Part shown: positions 39,720-52,925 of the stretch, piece after piece | Layout of the letters: every line of letters starts with the position of its first letter | How positions within the stretch are numbered: the first letter of the stretch is position 1 | Source of the DNA: Octopus sinensis | Taxonomy: Eukaryota | Reading direction: 5' to 3' | Length of the DNA stretch: 64,000 bases | Assembly (NCBI RefSeq): GCF_006345805.1 | Contig: NC_043010.1 | Location: forward strand, 64,604,001 to 64,668,000 | Position numbers and translations under genes: made by a program | Notes under the pieces: model-generated | The model's database searches: none | Seen by the model: the letters and a program-made list of their open reading frames with translations, nothing else | Told to the model about the DNA's origin: nothing

Positions 39720-40086
39720 ACTTGGAAATAAATGTTGTTGATCAAAACATGGCATTATTACAATAATTCATTTTTTATTATTACTATTATTATCATTAAT
39801 TCATAAATTAAGAAATTAAAATTTATCAATAAATTTAAAATCATTTAGTATAATTAAGATAGCACATTTAAAATTAATATTAAACTACGAATATAAATAT
39901 TATTTAACAGCCAGTAAAAATATTAGATAATGATTTTAGATTTTCTATCTTAATTATACCAAATGATTATACATTTATAAACAAATTTTAATTTCTCAAT
40001 TTATTAATTAATGATGATAATAGTAACAATAATAAATGAAAGATTGTAATAATGCCATATTTTGATCAAAACATTTATTTCCAAGT
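39720..40086. mobile_element. AT-rich foldback / MITE-like element with about 140-bp imperfect inverted arms
   Basis: 39720-39862 is the reverse complement of 39945-40086 (acttggaaataaatgtt...gatcaaaa.atggcattattacaat...tataattaagatag); the spacer is 82 bp. Confidence 0.75.
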
Positions 40087-40311
40087 TCGTCTTTCTGGTT
40101 TTTTAAATAGATATTTTATTTATAAATATATAAACTTTTACTTGAATAGAAAGATTATTTACTTTTCCCCTCTGATAAACTAAATAATTTAGTATATATT
40201 ATTTGCGTTTTACTGAGTTTTCCGTTCTGTTGAATATGTAAATAAGGACAATTATCGGTCAGTTGTTTTTAGGTGGGGTTTTGTTTGTGCCGAGAAAGGG
40301 TATTTATTATA

Positions 40312-40934
40312 AATTCTTTTCTACTCTTGGGAGAAGGCCCGAAATTTTGTGAGAGGGGGCCTGTTGATTAGATCAACTCCAGTACGCAACTGGTACTAAA
40401 TTTATCGACTCTGAAAAGTTGAAAGGCAAAGGCGACCTCGGCAGAATTTGAACTCAAAACGTAAAGACAGACGAAATACCTATTTATTTATTACCCAGGA
40501 GGGGACAAACAAGGACAGTCAAGGGTATTGAGTCGATTACATCGACCACAGTGCGTAACTGGTACTTAATTTATCGACCCCGAAAGGATGAAGGGCAAAG
40601 TTGACGTCGGCGAATTTGAACTCAGTACGAAACGGCAGACGAAATACCTATTTCTTTACTACCCACAAGGGGCTAAACACAGAGAGGTCAAACAAGGACA
40701 GACAAACGGATTAAGTCGATTATATCGACCCCAGTGCGTAACTGGTACTTAATTTATCGACCCCGAAAGGATGAAAGGCAAAGTCGACCTCGGCGGAATT
40801 TGAACTCAGAACGCAGCGGCGGACGAAATAACACAAAGCATTTCGCCCGGCGTGCTAACGTTTCTGTCAGCTCACCGCCTTTACCAGCTCACCGCCTTTG
40901 CTAGCTCACCGCCTTATGCCAGCTCACCGCCTTA
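40312..40934 (-). mobile_element. SINE family A trimer with a four-fold repeated 5' end
   Basis: Three cores joined by gacgaaatacctattt; agctcaccgcctt occurs four times at 40868-40934. Confidence 0.9.
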
Positions 40935-41660
40935 ATCATGGATTACATTGACCACAACATGTTGTATTCTGTTCACCAGGAAATACTCAAACAACTGTAG
41001 AAGTTCTCCACGGATTCCAACATTTCTCAATTTTAACAGTAGGATATCATGGTTAAATCTGTCGAACGCTTTACTGAAGTCAAGATGTATGGCAGCAGAG
41101 TTGGAACTTGTTCCCAAGGCTGTAAGAGCTGTGTTAGACAGACCCTGCCTCAGCGAAATCCATGCTGGTTTGAATTTAGGTGTTTGTGACTCGCCCAGGT
41201 AGTCAGCTATCCTTAATCTTACCACTCTTTCAAACAATTTAATGATGTGGGAGGTGAGTGAGATTGGGCGATAGTTGACTGCGGGGGATCTGTTTCCCTG
41301 TTTGAAAACCGGGATAACAGACTGGGATCGGAGTTGTTTCGGTGTATAACCTGAATCTAAAGAATTTCTCCAGCAGTTGGTCAGAGGGACTGCATGTCAG
41401 TGTCTACATTCCTTCAGGAGACGAACGCGGAATCCATCAGGGTCTACAGCAGAATAGTTTTTGACGTCATTTATTGCTTCTATGACGTCTGAAGCAGTGA
41501 AGGTTATGTCCGAGATTTTATGTTGGGAATCGACTTCGTTTACATCCTTATGTCAATATCAGGGGGATCCCTAAAGAGAGCAGTGTTGTTTCTGCGGTAT
41601 TTCTGCCATTTCTTTAGCATCGTGATGGAGAACGCCGTTATCATCGATAAATGAATGGAT
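40935..41660 (-). mobile_element. CR1/L2-group LINE RT fragment
   Basis: RSPAVNYRPISLTSHIIKLFERVVR...IHLDFSKAFDRFNHDILLLKLRNVGIRGELL. Confidence 0.85.
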
Positions 41661-41720
41661 CAATGGGTGAGACAGCTGTTCTATTCTTATTTGCATATGA
41701 ATAGAACCTTTATGGGTTCT

Positions 41721-41962
41721 CTCTTTACTCTTTTACTCTTTTACTTATTTCAGTCATTTGACTGCGGCCATGCTGGAGCACCGCCTTTAGTCGAGCAAAT
41801 CGACCCCAGGATTTGTAAGACCCCAGGCTTACGAATTTGTACGTACTAGGTCTCTTTTGTCGAACCGCTATGTTACGGGGACGTAAACACACCAGCATCG
41901 GTTGTCAAGCGATGTTGGGGGACAAACACAGGCACACAAACACATACACAAGCATACATACA

Positions 41963-42027
<65 letters not shown>

Positions 42028-42283
42028 ATATATATATATTATATATATAATATATACCAATTAGTAAATAAATGGCACAACTAAGTACCGATATTTACTG
42101 GAAATAGCGAACGAAAAAATACGACGCTAATGTGTAGCTTCACCGCGTATGTATTAGCAAAAGTGCGTGTGTGCAACAAATTAGAGAAAAAAAAACCGTC
42201 TTGCCTCCAGGGAGAACATCTGAAAGATGAAACACCCGGAAAAGGATACTTTTGACTGGAAGGCAATACTTTGTATTGCATTA

Positions 42284-42315
<32 letters not shown>

Positions 42316-42484
42316 CGACGGGATTCTTTCAGTTTCAGTTTCCGTTTATCAAATCCACTCACAAGGCTTTGGTCGGCCTCATGCTACAGTAGAAGACACT
42401 TGCCCAAGGTGCCACGTAGTAGGACTGAACCCGGAACCATGTGGTTGGTAAGCAGGCTACTTACCACACAGCCACTCCTGCGCT
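41721..42484 (-). mobile_element. SINE family B (tail 41721-41937, head 42316-42484) separated by microsatellite and about 230 bp of unrelated sequence
   Basis: Both halves match family B on the minus strand. Confidence 0.8.
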
Positions 42485-42509
42485 TGTTTGATTTTTTTTT
42501 TTTTTTTGA

Positions 42510-42870
42510 TTAACCACTGTTCCTCTGCAGCTCCTTCGTTTTCAACGGAGGTTTTCATGTCGGTCTGCAGATGAAGTTTATCCAACTCCAGCCTTTTCAT
42601 TGTTGTTGAATGTGGATGTTGTATATGTGAGCATTTTGTTTTATTTTTTCCTCTAGGGAACCGATTTCTGTCAGTTTGTGGATTTCGTAGGAGCGTATTT
42701 TGAGCATGTATAGGTGACAATGTTCTCAAAGTGCTGCCATGTGGTCTCAATGTCAGTGGAACCGAGAGTGAAGGTCCAATCGATAGAGGACTAAACCTAC
42801 CTGATTGCTACCCAGTCCGATTTGTGGTAGTTTATGCTGTCAAGTGCAGTGGAATGGGATTGACTGGTCT
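42510..42870 (-). mobile_element. Probable LINE EN-RT linker fragment
   Basis: IDWTFTLGSTDIETTWQHFENIVTYTCSKYAPTK resembles the IDW...L...DIE..W..F..IV....KY.P linker. Confidence 0.5.
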
Positions 42871-43272
42871 GGTTTTGAAATATCGTATCGTATTATATTA
42901 TATTATATTATGATACATTATGTTATGTTACACTTACTCACACATATGTATGTACATGTTCACTAAACTGCAGCCGTGTTAGTGGTCCGGCTGAATAGGT
43001 TTATCGATATTTATGCCAAACTCTGAACTTTGGGTTTTTTTTTAAACTTTCATTTCAGTCATGTATGTATTGTAGTGAGTTTCTATTAACTCAACGCTAG
43101 GATATGGGACATGAGCATAAAAAAAGACGCATTTTAGTGGGGCGGTGAATCAGTAACGGTCTTAGAGAAATGTCCAAAGATAAACACACATCCATAAACA
43201 GATATATATATGTATATATGTATGCATATATGTCTATTTCCCTCTCTCTCACACACACTCTCTCTATGTCTG

Positions 43273-43324
<52 letters not shown>

Positions 43325-43728
43325 ACATATATGTACATACATACTTACATATATTTATATATAGGTTGATATATATAAATATATACATATATATGCAAAC
43401 ACACACGCGTGCGCACACACACAACCACATATATACATACACACACAGACACACATACATACATATATACGCATACCCACACGTACATACACACGCATGT
43501 ATACAAGAGGGATTTCAGTAACATTGATCGATTTGAATCTATAGACGAAAATAGTTGCGTATCGTGTCACACAAGGAGATTGAACCAGAGACCACGAGGT
43601 TAAGAATATACGTATGTGTGTTTAGTTATTTATTTACATAAATATGTCTATATATATATAATATATAGATGTGTGTGTGCGTGTTTGTGTATCTATATAT
43701 ATGTGACTATATGTAAGAAGAGAGGGAG

Positions 43729-43960
43729 AGGCGGTGAGCTGGCAGAAACGTTAGCACGCTGAGCGAAATGCGTAGATGTATTTCGTCTGCCGTTACCTTC
43801 TGAGTTCAAATTCCGCCGGGGACGACTTCGCCTTTCATCCTCTCGGGGTCGATAAATAAAGTACCAGTTTCGCACTGATTCGATAAAATCGACTTAATCC
43901 CTTTGTCTGTCCTTGTTTGACCCCCCTATGTTTAGCCCCTTGTTGGTAGTAAAGAAATAT
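43729..43960 (+). mobile_element. SINE family A monomer
   Basis: ggcggtgagctggcagaaacgttagc...gcctttcatcctctcggggtcgataaataaagtaccag...gtagtaaagaaat. Confidence 0.9.
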
Positions 43961-45314
43961 GTAGGTAAGCAGAGAGATATCGAGAAGGAGAATAATAGAG
44001 AGAGAGAGAGAGAGAGGGGAGCAGGAAGAAAGAGAGCTGAGCTGCATAGAGAAAACATGAAACATCAAAAATACATTATCAAATAATTAGGATAGACATT
44101 AATTACCACTAACACATTTAATCAGCATATGTGGAGACAGTAATTAGACGGAAAGAAAGAATAAGAATTTTTAAAAAATATTGTTTACATACACAGTGTA
44201 AAAATCTGTTTGATTGATGGGATCAATAATATTCCAAAGTAGAAAACTATTACGTTTCCAGTCGGCATTGCTAAAGACTTCTACGTCCAAAAGAATAACC
44301 GCATCTGACAGTTTCGGATTAGCTATGATAGTTTCAACAATCTTATCCGGAAAAAAGGAAACGACACAATAGCTTTGTTTGTTGTCTCCTTCTAAGAGGA
44401 AGAACGGCCATGCCCACTTATTAAGTGATCTCATTACTGAAACACAACTCCATAACACAGAAATTGTTTACACACGGATGTACAAATTCGTTTTTAAGTG
44501 TCTCTATGCAGACTTAGAACAGGATCATGTGAGTGAGTGTGTACGTAAATGTGCGTGTGTGTTTAGTGCGCGAGTGTGTGTGTGTGTTTTCTTTCCTCAC
44601 CCCTATGATCAAAGACTCTGGAAGTGTCACGCAGAGGGACTGAACTCGAAACCGTCTTGATTAGCAGTGATTCGGTCAAGATTTGCCTCTGTGTTTGTGT
44701 GTGTGTGCATGCGTGTGCCCACAAATTCAAAGCTGAAACTCAAACGTGAGTATTGCTCCATGCTTCCCTAATTTAGGTGATTAATTAGTGTTGATTAGAC
44801 GCTGGAGACTATCTAAGCCCTTTCCGCTTTGACACAGTGGAATAACAAGAATGTAAGAGCTGAAGAGAAAAACTGATACATCAGCTGGTCTTCCTTTCCA
44901 CTGGTTGAAGTGAGCAACCTCAAATGAACTAACTCGGAACGGGATCAAAAACCGGCCAGCATATGAATCGAACTCATCGCCCTATGATGGTGAAACCTGC
45001 AAACTAAAAATTGGAGCACGCTCCAAGTTTAGGATTCCGAGAACCCAGGGTTTGGATAAAAAGAAAAGAAATTTGCATTTCCATACGATTCGAAGTCATT
45101 TGATAAAATTCTATATAAGAATATTTTCAATCAAAATTATATTTGAGCATTTCTTTAATATTAAATATTATATATTGTTGTTTTCTCACAAAGTTTTTGG
45201 CTACGAGATGTTAGTACAACTCTATCAGGATATTGTGATGGATTTAAATTTCAGAAACAATTCAAAATCATTTCTCTCTGTCAGTCTGTCAGTCTGTCTG
45301 TCTGTCTGTCTGTA

Positions 45315-45369
<55 letters not shown>

Positions 45370-45984
45370 TTATGGCAGTTTAAGAGTGAAGTGGGAATAT
45401 TGCAGTTACACACACACACTTACATACATACATACATACATATACATACATACATACATACGTACATACGTACTCACACAAATATACGCATATGCACGTA
45501 TATAAATATTCGGCAGAAGATAATACTCCGTATTATATACATACATACGTATATAAGTGTGTGTGTGTATGTGTGTGTGTATGTATATATTGTGCGTGTG
45601 TGTGTATGTGTTGTGTATGTGTATATACACACAAACACCTATTTACAAATATATTATTGAGATAGTTGTTGAAATCCAAGCTGTGTCCTCTTGAAGTGCA
45701 TCCTCTTATTTCCAAATCCGTATTTAGCTGTTGTATTTATTTGAGATATGACTCAGAGATGAGACGAAAATACTGGGAAATATTTTCTCTACAGTAACAA
45801 TATCGAAAGGGGAGACTGGGAAAATTTTGGGGCGTTATTTCTTCACCATTACACGTGTGTCATTTGGTAATATGACTTTACACTACTTCCCGCGACTTAC
45901 GACTCTACTTATGTACGTACTGTAGTACAAAGCATTATGCATACACAAATGCATTCATGCATATATATATATATATCTATCTAC

Positions 45985-46029
<45 letters not shown>

Positions 46030-46295
46030 CGAATGTATGTTGCAAGATTCCTTATAGGAAACTGTGTATTGAAACAGATGTTCTTGTTTCTCGAATGGTC
46101 ACATTGTTTTCTTTGCCAAACAGACACACACCATATTTTCCTTTTTACTGTTCTTATTTTTACTCATGCCCATTGTCCGCAAATCATTCGTCACACATCT
46201 GTGACCTCTTCAGCGACACTTTTCGTGCTCGGGTGTGCCCATGCTCGGCTTAGTCTAATGAGGTCTTCTAGAGGAACTGAACGTTCGTAAGCACG

Positions 46296-47550
46296 AATAT
46301 ATTTTTTCACAATTTGAGCATTTGATGCAGTAAATTAAATTTCCGCTTTTGCAGTTCATATTCGCGTTTGTGAATATTTTCACGGTTTTTTGTGTTAATC
46401 ACGGATCGAGCTATGGTTCTTAGTAACAGAGAGCCTAAAAGCTTGAATAAATTACTAACACAGGCAAAATTTGACCTTAGCAACAAAGACCAAACATTGA
46501 CTGTATCTAAATGCAATGATAGCCGATGTGGCACATGCCAATTCATACATATCGGCCAATATATAAACACAAAAACCGGGAAAATATTCACAAACGCGAA
46601 TATGAACTGCGAAAGCAGAAATTTAATTTACTGCATCAAATGCCGAAATTGTGAAGAAATATATGTAGGTCAGACGGGAAATGCACTATCAGAACGCTCA
46701 CGTGTACACCGACAACAGATTAGAGACCCAGAGGTCCGTCAGATACCTTTGAGTAACCACCTAGCAACATGTGGTCGGAAAATATATATAATATTTCCAT
46801 TCTACAAATTACACAGCCCAAGTGAAATCGAGAGGAAAATCAGAGAAAAGAATTGTATTGATAAATTCGAACCCAAGCTAAATAAGCAATAATAATAATA
46901 CTTAGAGATACTACTTCTATTGCTACGACGATGACCACTAACAACAATAACAATACTAAAGGTGATCAAGACGAAGATAGCAGGAAAATTATCTTATTTA
47001 GGGTTAAAAGTTCTATTGCCACCACCATCACCACTAGCAACAATAATTATGGTGCTGACAATGATGATGATGATGACAATTGAAATATAAAAATCCCTGA
47101 CAAAGGCTATTTACAACATTTCTAAAAATAGCCCAACAATTGCTGCCTTGGCCAGGGTTAAGATACAGAACTCTTGACAAATTCAACAAAGCGTGACGCC
47201 TAAACTAACCAATCAGCTTAAGTAATTGAGTGATACTACACACTGATTGGTCAGAATACATTTTGCAAAACCTAGCAATCTGGAGCCCATACAGATGTAT
47301 TTAAGGCACAGATTTAACCATCTCGCTACAGTCAAAAATTGTGAAGCATGACTGTCACCACTACTACATGAACCTGAAGATTGCATAATTTAATGCATGA
47401 AAGTACTAGTTCAATCAGAATGAACATTTAACATTCTACTATTTTACTTTATTCTATTATGTTATATTATCTTATATTATATCATTATAAGATTGTAAAT
47501 AAAACGTGAAAATCAGACAAGGTTGGAATTCCTTTTATTAATATATTCTT
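46296..47550 (+). mobile_element. 5'-truncated Penelope-like element: open GIY-YIG endonuclease domain (46392-46892) plus terminal repeat
   Basis: KCNDSRCGTC (Zn-linker), NCESRNLIYCIKCRNCEEIYVGQTGNALSERSRVHRQQI...RKIREKNCIDKFEPKLN; the downstream terminal repeat contains a hammerhead motif. Confidence 0.92.
47369..47413 (+). ncRNA. Minimal type I hammerhead ribozyme (family 2) with palindromic stem III
   Basis: UGAAC [I] CUGAAGA U UGCAU AAUUUA AUGCA U [II] GAAA GUAC UA | GUUCA [I']; AGUACU is a palindrome. Confidence 0.75.
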
Positions 47551-47576
47551 CTATACACAATCACACACACCGTATA

Positions 47577-47643
<67 letters not shown>

Positions 47644-48378
47644 ATATATATATATAATATATATTATATGTATGTATATATATGTGTATATATAAACTAG
47701 GATGGCTAGACGCAATATAAAGTCAAAAAATAAACTTCAGTTGTCAGTGATAGTAACTGAAAGTGCAACGACAGTTTTCTTTCAGCTTCCGTCTACCAAA
47801 TACTCTCGCAACGATTCGGTCGCCCCAGTGATCGAAGACTCTAGAAGTGTCACGCAGAGGGACTGAACTCAAAACCATCTTGATTAGAAGTGATTCGTGC
47901 AACATTTGTGTGTTTGTGTGTATGTGTGTGTGCGTGAGTGTGCGTGTGTGTGTGTGTGTGTGCGTGTGTGTATGTATGTGTGCACACAAAGTCAAAGCTG
48001 TAACTCAAACGTCAGTATTACTCCATGTTTCACTAATTTAGGTGGTTAATTAGTGTTGTGTAGATGCTGGAGCCTGTCTAAGCCCTTTCGTCCTTGGCAC
48101 AGTTGAATAACAAGAATGTAAGAGCTGAACAGAAATACTGATACATCAGCTGGTCTTCCTTTCCGCTGATTGAAGTGGAGCAACCTCAAATGAACTAACT
48201 TGGAAGGGGATCACAAACCACCCAGGATATGAATCGAACTCCTCGCCTTATGATAGTGAAACCTACACGCTATGAATTTGAGCACGCGCCTAGTTTAGGA
48301 TTCCGAGGACCCAGAGTTTGGATAAAAAGAAAAATTATTTGCTATTCCATTTGATTCGAAGTCATTTAATATTTTTTC

Positions 48379-51291
48379 AATTCAATTTTTATTGGTTCAA
48401 AAAGCAAAAGCAAGGCCATGTATGGAGAAAGGGAGGGTGGTCATACAAAGAGTTCAGGCCATTTCTGGTTAAGAGAGACTTTGAACCGAGCGGTCGTCGG
48501 CATCTTCACTATCTCGTCCGGAAGCTTGTTCCACGGATTCGCAACCCGGACGGAGAAAGCCCACTTCTCCTTCGATTGAGATGAAATCATCGTAAATAGA
48601 GCTTTTCGGAGTGAGCCGGCAGCGCACGCTCTGGAGGAGGAGTGAAGAACAGCTCTTTAGAGAGGTTACACTTTCCGCTTATGGTGTTGTGAGCGAGAAT
48701 GAGATCACCACGGCGTCGTCGTTTTTCGAGAGAATAAAGATCGAGCGTCTTTAGCCTTTCTTCATAAGACAAATGCTTGAGACCAAGAACTATGCGGGTA
48801 GTCAGCTTCTGGACTCTTTCGAGATGATATATGTCTTTGACGAGATAAGGAGAAGAGGCTTGAATCCCGTACTCCAATATGGGTCTCACCAGCATGACAT
48901 AGAGCGGTAGGAATGTGGCTGCTGTAAGCATTCCGAATGACCGAATCGAAAACAGAACTCCGCGCGCTTTGATGGACGCATTGGGCCGAAGGCGAAAAGG
49001 AAGAATCCACCAAGATACCCAGGTCCTTTACTTGGTCGGACTTCTCCAGCAGCAGACGACCCGGTTCGTAATCAAGTTAAGTTGCAGAAGAGGAGCCAAC
49101 AGGCAGATGACAGCTATTTGACACGTTCAAACAAACGTCCCATTCGTTTGACCATCTCCAATCTTGGTAGTGGCATCGACAGAGATCATCTATATCACTG
49201 CGAGGAGCGACCAGTTTGACATCGTCGGCAAATAGAAGGGTGTGCTGCGTGAGGTCGTCGGGCAAGACATTGATGAAGATTCAAAACAATAACAGCCCAA
49301 GCACTGAAATTTGAGGCACAACACTGCTCGCAACTGGAGACGTCGGACAGCGAACCATTAACATGGACTTGAAAAGAGCGATCTGAGAGGAACACCAACC
49401 CATCGGATAGAAACGATATGCTTGAAGATTGACAAGTAATAGGCGGTGGTTAACCGAGTCAAAAGCTTTGGCAAAGTCCAATAAAACGATGTCAACAGCA
49501 TCACCATCATCCAAGATACGCGTTACCAATTCTTCCATTACCAGTAAGTTGGTCAAGCATGATCTCTTCGGCACGAAGCCGTGTTGGGAATCAGAGATAG
49601 AGGCTGTGTTTTGGACGTGGAGCAACATACTTTTCTTGAGGATGGTTTCGGACATCTTGCTGATTATTGAAGTAAGGGAAACCGGTCGGTAGTTAAGCGA
49701 GTCTTCGCGGCTCCCTTTCTTGTAAATCGGGCAGATTATCGCTGTTCTCCAGTCCGCAGGTACAACACCCGTCGCCAATGACATATTGAATAGAAGTGTT
49801 AAAGGTTCGCAGATGACCGGAGCCAAAGCTTTGATAACCTGTGGGTGTATGCCGTCAGGGCTGTGACCCTTGTTGACATCGAGGCCGTGAATAACGCATT
49901 CGAGTTCGTCACGAGTGATGACCAATCTAGGCATTGGAGGTACCGATCTATCAAATGGAGGAGGTTCACGACAATCATCTTGTTTGAAAATTATCGAAAA
50001 AGCCTTGGCAAATAACTGACTCTGCTGATAAGGGTCCTCAACCGATACGCCTGTTGAGTCTACCAACGTTGCAATTTGGTTGTTCAAGCGGGAATTCCTT
50101 TGGACATGGGAAAAGAAGGTTTTTGGATTGCGACTGGCGTTTGCCGCGATTCTTCATTCATATCTGAAGCGTTCTTTCTTTTCAATTTTCCCGGCTCAGT
50201 CTCGTTGAGTTTTGTACACCTCAAAAGGTGCAGACGAATCTTGATTTTTTAATTCAGCCCAAGCAATATCTCTGAGTCGAAGTTCTCGTTTAACCTTCTT
50301 CGTCACCCAGGGCTTGTGTTTCTTCTTCTTGGGAAGCCCAACGGGAACTGCTTGGTCAGTCAACCAGGTAACATATGCTTTGAGGGACGACCATAGTTCA
50401 TCAACTGAGGACATCGTCATCAGGGATCGCCAGTCCAGAAGCGCAGAAGCCTCGGTTAGAATTTCAAGATTGATTGCAGTGAAGACTCTACGTGACAGCA
50501 AACTAGTCGTGGGCGTAGAAAAAGTTGTGTGCATGTCGAACTTCAGGACCGTGTGATCACTCTTGGCAAGAGGAGCGCATACAGATAAGCCTGACACTGA
50601 TCTTGGATAGCGGGAGAATACCAGATCCAGCATAGATGACTGCTGCCCAGACCGATGCCTTGTCGGAGATTGAACATGTTGCGATAGAAAACAATCTTCA
50701 GTCACGTCAAGAAAGGCCTGGACGAACTAGGAAGATGATGTACAAATGGATGCGGGCCAGTCGATTATGGGAGCGTTGAAGTCTCCTAATATCAAACATT
50801 CATGAGAAGATGAAACGAATCTTATCGCTTCGAGTAAATGAGCATCGTACTGGTGTCGGCAAGAGTCGGCCATTAGACAGCTAACACGGGCAGGCAAAAC
50901 CCGATAGGCTCAGCTTTCAATAGACGGCATCGAATTTTGTTGTATGTTGAGCATTAGTGGCTAGAATACAGCTGGACGGTTTGAAATCAGATTTGACATC
51001 CACAGCAACACCTCCACTTCGCCTTTTTTCTCTGTAACATCTGTAGAGGGCGTAGCCCTGTAGGTGGATTTCCGAGTCCTTTACTGCTGGAGTCAACCAA
51101 GTCTCGGTGATAGCTATCACATCTGGGGAATCACGCATGGCCAGTGTAAATAATCACCGGTGGATTCAGCTTTACTATAAATGATTGCTGACCTTGAGTG
51201 GGCAAAATAGTCGTTGTGTTCCCTACTGTGAACTGCGGCATTCGATTCTTCATCGGATAAATTAGAAAGTGCGGTTTCGTAGCCATTAGAC
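48379..51291 (-). mobile_element. CR1/L2-group LINE ORF2 (APE plus RT), about 2.9 kb, frameshifted, 3' end intact
   Basis: PDVIAITETWL...RCYREKRRSGGVA, QHVQSPTR...LDLVFS, GHSPDGIHP...NYRPVSLTS...QHGF...LDFAKAFDSVNH, LLFADDVKL, LVRPILEY...LERVQK...SYEERLK.LDLYSLEKRRRRGDLI; 3' aataaa plus (aattg)2. The empty site is visible in copy A at about 45111-45114. Confidence 0.95.
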
Positions 51292-51537
51292 TATAAGAAT
51301 ATTTTCAAGCAAAATTATATTTGAGCATTTCTTTAATATTAAATGTTATATATTGTTATTCTCTTAAAAATATATTAGCTACGAGATGTTAGTAAAACTC
51401 TATCAGGATACTGTGATGGAGTAAATTTCACAAACAATAGAAAATCATTTATCTGTCTCTGTCTGTCTGTCTCTCTCTCTTTCTGCAACGCTCCCTCTCT
51501 TTCTCACTCTGTCTGTCTGTCTCTCTCTGTCTGTCTC

Positions 51538-51583
<46 letters not shown>

Positions 51584-51629
51584 TTTATGGCAGTTTAAGA
51601 GCGAAGTGGGAATATTGCAGTAACACAAA

Positions 51630-51690
<61 letters not shown>

Positions 51691-52357
51691 ACATACATAC
51701 ATAGATACATACGTACATACATACATTCATATATACATACATACACACACACATACAACAACAAACATACATACATACATACATACATACATACGTACGT
51801 ACATACGTACTCACACAAATATACGCATATGTAAATATTCAGCAGAAGATAATACTCCGTATTTTATACATATACATATGTATGTGTATATATATATATG
51901 TATGTGTGTGTGTGTGTGTGTGTGTGGTGCGTGCGTGCGTGTGTGTGTGTGCGCGCGCTTGTGTGTGTGTATGTATATGCGTGTGCGTGTGTGTGTGAAT
52001 GTTTGTATGTGTATATACACACACAAACACCTATTTACAAATATATTATTGAGATAGTTGTTGAAATCCAAGCTGTGTCCTCTTCAAGTGCATCCGCTTA
52101 TTTCCAAATCCGTATTTAGCTGTTGTATTTGTTTGAGATATGAATCAGAGACGAGACGAAAAGACTGAGAAATATTTTCTCTACAGTAACAATATCGAAA
52201 GGGGAGATTGGGAAAATTTGGGGGCGTTATTTCTTCACCATTACACGTGTGTCCTTTGCTAATATGACTTTACACTACTTCCCGCGACTTACGACTGTAC
52301 TTATGTACGTACTGTAGTAGAAAGCATTATACATACATACATACATACATACATACA

Positions 52358-52411
<54 letters not shown>

Positions 52412-52874
52412 CGTTTATGAATGTGTGTTGCAAAATTCCTAATAGGAAACTGCGTATTGAAACAGATGTTCTTGTTTCTCGGATGTTCACGTTGTTTTCT
52501 TTGCCAAACAAACGCACGCACCAAATATTCCTTTTTAGTGTTCTTATTTTTACTCATGTCCATTGTCCGTAAATCATTCGTCACACATTTGTGACCTCTT
52601 CAGCGTCACTTTTCGTACTCGGGTGTGCCCCTGCTCCGCTTAGGCTAATGAGGTCTTCTAGAAGAACAGAACGTCCGCATGCGCTAGTGTGCATACGTAT
52701 TCTTTTTTTCTCGCTAACCGCCGCTGCTATGATTACGTTCTTATCACGTAAAAAGTCTCTCATAAAACATGTCCCATGTTTAAAGCATTGAGTTCCATTT
52801 GTTTGATTAAAATATTCTAAGGTGATATTGTAGCATGGTCATGATCTAATGAATGAAGTAATAGGAAAGGACAA

Positions 52875-52920
<46 letters not shown>

Positions 52921-52925
<5 letters not shown>

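Larger units (their letters stand above)
44600..52690 (+). repeat. Tandem segmental duplication: copy A 44600-46295; copy B 47815-48378 plus 51292-52690
   Basis: Colinear unique sequence and microsatellites at matching positions. Copy B is interrupted by a LINE, and a Penelope fragment lies between the copies. Confidence 0.9.

Noticed and set aside
44189-44391. Minus-strand open frame with a good acceptor (…VILLDVEVFS… faintly like a lectin C-terminus)
   Set aside because: It lacks the conserved Cys and CEVEV pattern, the donor is weak, and the end phase does not match the phase-1 exons.
47093-47155. Possible second hammerhead in the Penelope tail (CTGACAA...GGCTATTT/AAATAGCC...CAATTG)
   Set aside because: Both core segments are mutated and stem I is not evident; at most a relic.
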